From a virus (Duplodnaviria; Caudoviricetes), in the IMG/VR virus record IMGVR_UViG_3300027749_000069, positions 30,383 to 94,382 of that record: a stretch of 64,000 bases of DNA. The stretch is one strand, 5' to 3'. A program made the position numbers and the translations under genes. Below, piece by piece: positions 59,421 to 64,000 of the stretch; within the stretch, counting starts at the first letter, position 1; every line of letters starts with the position of its first letter. The notes under the pieces were generated by a model. The model was not told the origin of the DNA and did not search any database. It was given only the letters and a program-made list of their open reading frames with translations.

Positions 59421-60869
59421 ATGAAAATATTAAGAAAAGATACTGATTTAAATATATTATTAAATACTGAAACTGATTTTCAAACAAATCTCGGTTGGGA
59501 AGAGAATTTAAAAGAATTTGAAACCGAAATATTAAGTGATATTATTAACCCAATTGAAAATTATGAAACGGTTAGATATATACATAAACCATATTCTTCT
59601 AGTGGAGTTACACAAACTGATATTTGGTTTTATTTTTATTTTTTAAATACTGGCGGAATATATGTACAAGATTATTATACCGGTGACGATGAAAAAAGTA
59701 TAACATATACTGAAAACGAACAAATGTTAAAACAATCAACCCAAAGTTTTTTTAGATTGGAGTTTTTTAAAACACCAGGAACCGTTTCGGGAACCACATT
59801 AACATGTGAACCACCAACAAGACAAAATAGAAAACTAATATTTGTAAAAAATTTATCATTACCGTTAGGTGAGAAAATGTTTTATAATCCACTTAATGGT
59901 TATATACATTTACCTGTTTTTAGAGGGTCAAATTATAGTAATAAAGAAAATATGTATTTCTTTTGGTTCCAAGACGAAAGTGTTTTAACTGAAACAAATT
60001 TAAGTGGTACAACGACATTAGATAAGTATACATTTGTTAATACAGGAACAGCAAAAACAACATCATTTCTTGATAGTAATAATTCACTAACTAACATTAA
60101 TATTCCAACTGGTACTACGGTATTTTCAGGGTGGACAAATCAAATGTTTAATATGCCAGAAGTTACAGTTACATACGATAGAAATTTTTACCCTGGAACA
60201 AACACCTTCTTTATGACGGCAAAGTTTTATAACGCAAAAGAAGGTACAATTTTAGATTTCACAAATGATAGTTATAGTACGGGTCACACTATTACTGAAC
60301 AAAATGATATGTATTATCAAGTTGATATTAATAAAACAGATTATTCGTATCAAGTTTATTTTTATAATGGTGAGGTAAAATGTGAAGAAGTTGGTTTAAC
60401 AAACAAACCAATAATGTTTTTTGAAAGAGGAGGTGGAGTGGCACCAAATAATATATTATACCACATATGTTCAAATGTAACACCGACACCAACACCAACT
60501 GTTACACCAACATCGGTTACACCAACACCAACCCCAACTATTACACCAACACCAACCTCTTCATCCGCTGTAGGGTCAACTCCAACCCCAACACCAACTA
60601 ATACAACAACTCCTACACCGACACCAACAAACGCGTATGAACTTTATAGTGCAGATAGATATGAGTGTGATACTCCGTCTGGACCTTGTACTTATGTTGA
60701 AACATTAGATATTGCTAATCCAACTGTACTTAATATAGGTAAGTTCTATTTAGATAGTATTAACGGATATATATTTAATATTATAGGTGGTCCTATTAGC
60801 GGTCCGTATTTATATACAAGTATGAGTGGTGTTGGTACTAATAACTGTAGTTCATTATGTTCAATATAA
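59421..60869 (+). CDS. Structural protein with a Pro-Thr stalk and Cys-containing distal domain
   Basis: About 50-aa (TP)n segment near the C-terminus. Confidence 0.6.
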   Translation: MKILRKDTDLNILLNTETDFQTNLGWEENLKEFETEILSDIINPIENYETVRYIHKPYSSSGVTQTDIWFYFYFLNTGGIYVQDYYTGDDEKSITYTENEQMLKQSTQSFFRLEFFKTPGTVSGTTLTCEPPTRQNRKLIFVKNLSLPLGEKMFYNPLNGYIHLPVFRGSNYSNKENMYFFWFQDESVLTETNLSGTTTLDKYTFVNTGTAKTTSFLDSNNSLTNINIPTGTTVFSGWTNQMFNMPEVTVTYDRNFYPGTNTFFMTAKFYNAKEGTILDFTNDSYSTGHTITEQNDMYYQVDINKTDYSYQVYFYNGEVKCEEVGLTNKPIMFFERGGGVAPNNILYHICSNVTPTPTPTVTPTSVTPTPTPTITPTPTSSSAVGSTPTPTPTNTTTPTPTPTNAYELYSADRYECDTPSGPCTYVETLDIANPTVLNIGKFYLDSINGYIFNIIGGPISGPYLYTSMSGVGTNNCSSLCSI

Positions 60870-60875
60870 AAATAA

Positions 60876-61715
60876 ATGAAAAGAATAAACCATACCATTA
60901 GAAGAAAAAAAATACCCGAAGTGAAATTAGTTTCATTAACTGCACATACGTGGTATGATTCTAATGATAACCCAACTTCATGGACAGGTAAAACTGAATT
61001 TTTAGTTACAGGTTTTACACCCGACACAGGTTATTTAATTAAAAACGTAACAGGAGGAACCGTAACAAGTGGATATTATAAATGGAACACACCAAGTGGA
61101 AATACGTGGAATCTTATTACAGGAAATACAACTCAAATAAATCAACAAATTTATGACGATTTTCAATTGCCATTATTTTTGGAAGCAACGGCAGATGAAA
61201 TGGGAGATATGATTGATTTTGATAAAAAAATTGAACATAATAAAATTAGTGCAAATTTTACATACAATAGTGTTTGTTCTGAAACTGGTAGTACAATAAC
61301 AATTAACAACACAACAACATATCAATTAGTTAATATAATTCAAGCTAATAGCACAAATGCGGATGGGTCAACAAATGTATCGGGTAGTGTGAGATTAACA
61401 ACAGAATCACCCAAACAAATTACAGATGAATCGCCACAATATATAATAATAGATGGACAAGGTTCATCGACATCAGTTTCATCATTTACGGTACATTGGG
61501 GAGATGGAACAACATCACCAATCGGAATTAATGATACCATAACACAATCATTTGCCACTGCAGAAGAAAGAACAATAAGAATCGTTTTTGATTCCCCATA
61601 TCTAACAAATCAAGTAGTTAAAGTAGTTAATTGTAACAATACTTTTTTAAGAATTAATACAGAAGATATGGAAAATATCCAAGATGAAAATAATAATTAC
61701 ATAAATGCCGGATAG
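60876..61715 (+). CDS. Structural protein with a PKD-like domain
   Basis: FTVHWGDGTT PKD signature; C-terminal RINTEDMENIQDENNNYI. Confidence 0.6.
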   Translation: MKRINHTIRRKKIPEVKLVSLTAHTWYDSNDNPTSWTGKTEFLVTGFTPDTGYLIKNVTGGTVTSGYYKWNTPSGNTWNLITGNTTQINQQIYDDFQLPLFLEATADEMGDMIDFDKKIEHNKISANFTYNSVCSETGSTITINNTTTYQLVNIIQANSTNADGSTNVSGSVRLTTESPKQITDESPQYIIIDGQGSSTSVSSFTVHWGDGTTSPIGINDTITQSFATAEERTIRIVFDSPYLTNQVVKVVNCNNTFLRINTEDMENIQDENNNYINAG

Positions 61716-61753
61716 AACCACAAACTAATATATTTATTAGTTAATCAAGTGCC

Positions 61754-63457
61754 ATGGCAGAAATAAAAATTAGTGAATTAACAGAATTAACAGGTGATCC
61801 AGCAGGTTCATGGTTAATTATTGATAATAACAACCAATCAGCAACATATAAAATCCAAAGAGAAGATTTTTTAGTTGGATATGGAGGTGGTTCTAATACT
61901 AGTGGTAGTTCTGGTAGTTCTGGTGTTTCAGGAACAAATGGTTCTTCAGGAACAAGTGGTAATGGAACATCAGGTTCGTCTGGAACTTCAGGTGTAGACG
62001 GTGCACCTGGTACGTCAGGTTCTAACGGTTCAAGTGGAACTTCAGGTTCTAACGGTACTTCTGGAACAAGTGGTTCTTCAGGTACATCAGGTTCTAATGG
62101 TTCATCAGGAACATCGGGGTCTAACGGTTCAAGTGGTACTTCAGGTTCAAACGGAACGGATGGTACTTCAGGTTCTAATGGTACAGATGGTACTTCAGGT
62201 TCAAACGGAACGGATGGTACTTCAGGTTCTAATGGTACAGATGGTACTTCAGGTTCTAATGGTACAGATGGTACTTCAGGTTCTAATGGTACTGATGGAA
62301 GTTCGGGAAGTAATGGTACAGATGGTTCTTCAGGTACATCAGGTTCTAATGGTACAGATGGTTCTTCAGGTACATCAGGTTCTAATGGTACAGATGGTAC
62401 CAGTGGAAGTGATGGTTCTTCAGGTACATCAGGTTCTAATGGTACAGATGGTTCTTCAGGTACATCAGGTTCAAACGGAACTGATGGAACTTCAGGTTCA
62501 AACGGAACTGATGGAACTTCAGGTTCAAACGGAACTGATGGAACTTCAGGTTCAAACGGTTCTTCAGGTAGTTCAGGAAGTAATGGAACAAATGGTTCAT
62601 CAGGAAGTAATGGTACAGATGGTACATCAGGTTCAAATGGAACAAGTGGTTCAAATGGTACTGACGGTACTTCAGGTTCAAACGGTTCATCTGGTAGTTC
62701 AGGTTCCAACGGAACCAACGGTTCATCAGGTTCTAACGGTACAAACGGTTCATCAGGAACAAGTGGTTTACTTACATTGACAGGAACAAAACATAATGGA
62801 GTAATAACTCTAAGCGGTTCAGTACCAAATGGTATTGTAGAAGATAATTTATCTTTTGATGGTAGTACTTTAAGTGTTACAGGTAGTGGTATTTTTAGTG
62901 GAAATTTAAAAGTCAATGGTAATCTAACGGCGGAACAATACATTGTTAGTTCGTCTTACATATATGTGACACAATCATTTATGAGTGGATCAACCATGTT
63001 TGGTAATTCTTCAGATGATACTCATCAATTTACAGGTTCAGTTCATATAAATAATAATTTAGTATTTGATTCTGTTAATACATCACCAACAATAACATCA
63101 AATGTTTCAGGATTCACAAAAACATTAACAAACCAAGGAAATACATCTGTAATTTATTCATTACCAAAGTTAAATACAAATTTAATTCATTTTGATTATT
63201 GGGTTGAAAACGTTAATTCACCATATAATGGTAGAGGTGGTCAATTAACAATACCATATAGTTCTAATGGTGAGAAAGTTGGTATTGTTGATAATTATAG
63301 TAGCGATGTAAATTCAACAACCGCATTTTATTTTGATAGCGTGGTTAATGGTGCAAATATAGATTTAAAATTAGGTTTGTACGATTTTACACAAGGTACA
63401 GGATATACTGAAACATATAAAATAATATTAAACGCAAAAATAACAAAATCAATATAA
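61754..63457 (+). CDS. Tail fibre-like protein with a long Gly-X-Y (GTS/GSN/GTD/GSS) repeat
   Basis: KISELT N-terminus, about 290 aa of G-X-Y triplets, then SGSTMFGNSSDDTHQFTGSV. Confidence 0.75.
   Translation: MAEIKISELTELTGDPAGSWLIIDNNNQSATYKIQREDFLVGYGGGSNTSGSSGSSGVSGTNGSSGTSGNGTSGSSGTSGVDGAPGTSGSNGSSGTSGSNGTSGTSGSSGTSGSNGSSGTSGSNGSSGTSGSNGTDGTSGSNGTDGTSGSNGTDGTSGSNGTDGTSGSNGTDGTSGSNGTDGSSGSNGTDGSSGTSGSNGTDGSSGTSGSNGTDGTSGSDGSSGTSGSNGTDGSSGTSGSNGTDGTSGSNGTDGTSGSNGTDGTSGSNGSSGSSGSNGTNGSSGSNGTDGTSGSNGTSGSNGTDGTSGSNGSSGSSGSNGTNGSSGSNGTNGSSGTSGLLTLTGTKHNGVITLSGSVPNGIVEDNLSFDGSTLSVTGSGIFSGNLKVNGNLTAEQYIVSSSYIYVTQSFMSGSTMFGNSSDDTHQFTGSVHINNNLVFDSVNTSPTITSNVSGFTKTLTNQGNTSVIYSLPKLNTNLIHFDYWVENVNSPYNGRGGQLTIPYSSNGEKVGIVDNYSSDVNSTTAFYFDSVVNGANIDLKLGLYDFTQGTGYTETYKIILNAKITKSI
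61890..62770 (+). repeat. Coding tandem repeat (9-nt triplet units, 27- and 36-nt higher-order units)
   Basis: Units such as GGTACTTCAGGTTCTAATGGTACAGAT and GGAACTTCAGGTTCAAACGGAACTGAT occur in runs. Confidence 0.9.
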
Positions 63458-63469
63458 ACAAAAGTTTAA

Positions 63470-64000
63470 ATGACAACAATACAATATGCGTCTTATGGGT
63501 ACAAAGAAAATAATGTAGGTGATGGTTCATATATTTTCGCCAATACAACTAGTATAAATAGTACATTACCCTTTGTTTATAATTGTACAGGTAATACAAC
63601 CACAACTATTACATTATCTTCAGCAAGTGTTGTAGGATCTGGTGTTTTTTATATTATAAAAAATTCAGGAAATGGTGTAGTCACAGTCCAAACAATTAAT
63701 AATGAAACTATTGATGGTACTACTGGCCAAACATTAACACATTTAAACGGAACTCAAGTAATGAGTGACGGCTCAAATTGGTTTACAATACATAGTGGTT
63801 CTTCAGGTACATCAGGTTCTAATGGAACTAACGGTAGTTCAGGAACATCTGGTTCTAATGGAACCAACGGTTCTTCAGGTTCTAATGGAACCAACGGTTC
63901 TTCAGGTTCTAATGGAACCAACGGTTCTTCAGGTTCTAATGGAACCAACGGTTCTTCAGGTTCTAATGGAACCAACGGTTCTTCAGGTTCATCTGGTAGT
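63470..64000 (+). CDS. Second Gly-X-Y fibre protein, truncated by the window end (not in the ORF track)
   Basis: MTTIQYASYG...TITLSSAS...YIIKNSG...ETIDG...VMSDGSNW then GSSGTSGSNGTN repeats; open to 64000. Confidence 0.75.
   Translation, partial: MTTIQYASYGYKENNVGDGSYIFANTTSINSTLPFVYNCTGNTTTTITLSSASVVGSGVFYIIKNSGNGVVTVQTINNETIDGTTGQTLTHLNGTQVMSDGSNWFTIHSGSSGTSGSNGTNGSSGTSGSNGTNGSSGSNGTNGSSGSNGTNGSSGSNGTNGSSGSNGTNGSSGSSGS
63851..63985 (+). repeat. Five perfect 27-bp tandem repeats
   Basis: GGTTCTAATGGAACCAACGGTTCTTCA x5, encoding GSNGTNGSS. Confidence 0.9.

Noticed and set aside
61741-62943. 400-aa minus-strand PEVP/PLEP ORF, plus the alternative-frame ORFs 62001-62780, 62436-62726 and 63754-63975
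   Set aside because: These are shadow frames of the Gly-X-Y repeat, which lacks stop codons in other frames; no promoter or independent domain.
61890-63985. Tandem repeats as a CRISPR array
   Set aside because: Units are contiguous multiples of 9 nt, in frame within ORFs and without unique spacers; no cas genes.
1-64000. Stop-codon reassignment
   Set aside because: Core genes are full length in code 11, and TAG ends polB, the tape measure and the ferritin-like gene at sensible positions.
1-64000. tRNA/rRNA genes, integrase, transposase or reverse transcriptase
   Set aside because: None recognised; intergenic gaps are short and AT-rich. A covariance-model search would be needed to exclude small RNAs fully.
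1-64000. Eukaryotic giant virus or bacterial chromosome origin
   Set aside because: Sheath, tube, baseplate and neck genes plus a sigma factor and a T4-like replisome indicate a tailed phage; no housekeeping or NCLDV core genes are present.

Overview
This 64-kb window is a densely coding, very AT-rich segment of a large contractile-tailed (T4-like/jumbo myovirus-type) bacteriophage, read in standard code 11. The host is probably in Bacteroidota, inferred from TTTG-N19/20-TAnnTTTG-type promoters, A-rich leaders without Shine-Dalgarno sites and a DUF4494-like gene. Replication and nucleotide genes: PolB, SNF2-type helicase, gp32-like SSB, RecA/UvsX, 5'-3' exonuclease, DnaB/gp41, class II ribonucleotide reductase, dUTPase and PhoH. 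Also present are a phage sigma factor, three glycosyltransferases, a likely head-internal protein cluster including a WYL protein, and a neck-sheath-tube-chaperone-tape measure-baseplate-fibre module. Main observations: (1) a [S/T]-G-x-T motif is strongly enriched in outer virion proteins and nearly absent from enzymes, tube and tape measure; with the three glycosyltransferases and Pro/Thr and Gly-Ser-Thr repeats, this suggests a phage-encoded virion glycosylation system with its own sequon; (2) a late promoter TATTTAT(A/T), the reverse complement of the T4 late box, at about 18 gene starts; (3) a probable +1/-2 programmed frameshift at the end of the tail chaperone; (4) a structured, repeat-containing non-coding element between sheath and tube (origin or ncRNA candidate); (5) several small genes missed by the ORF track. 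All protein calls come from motif recognition by eye, not database searches, and motif counts are manual.
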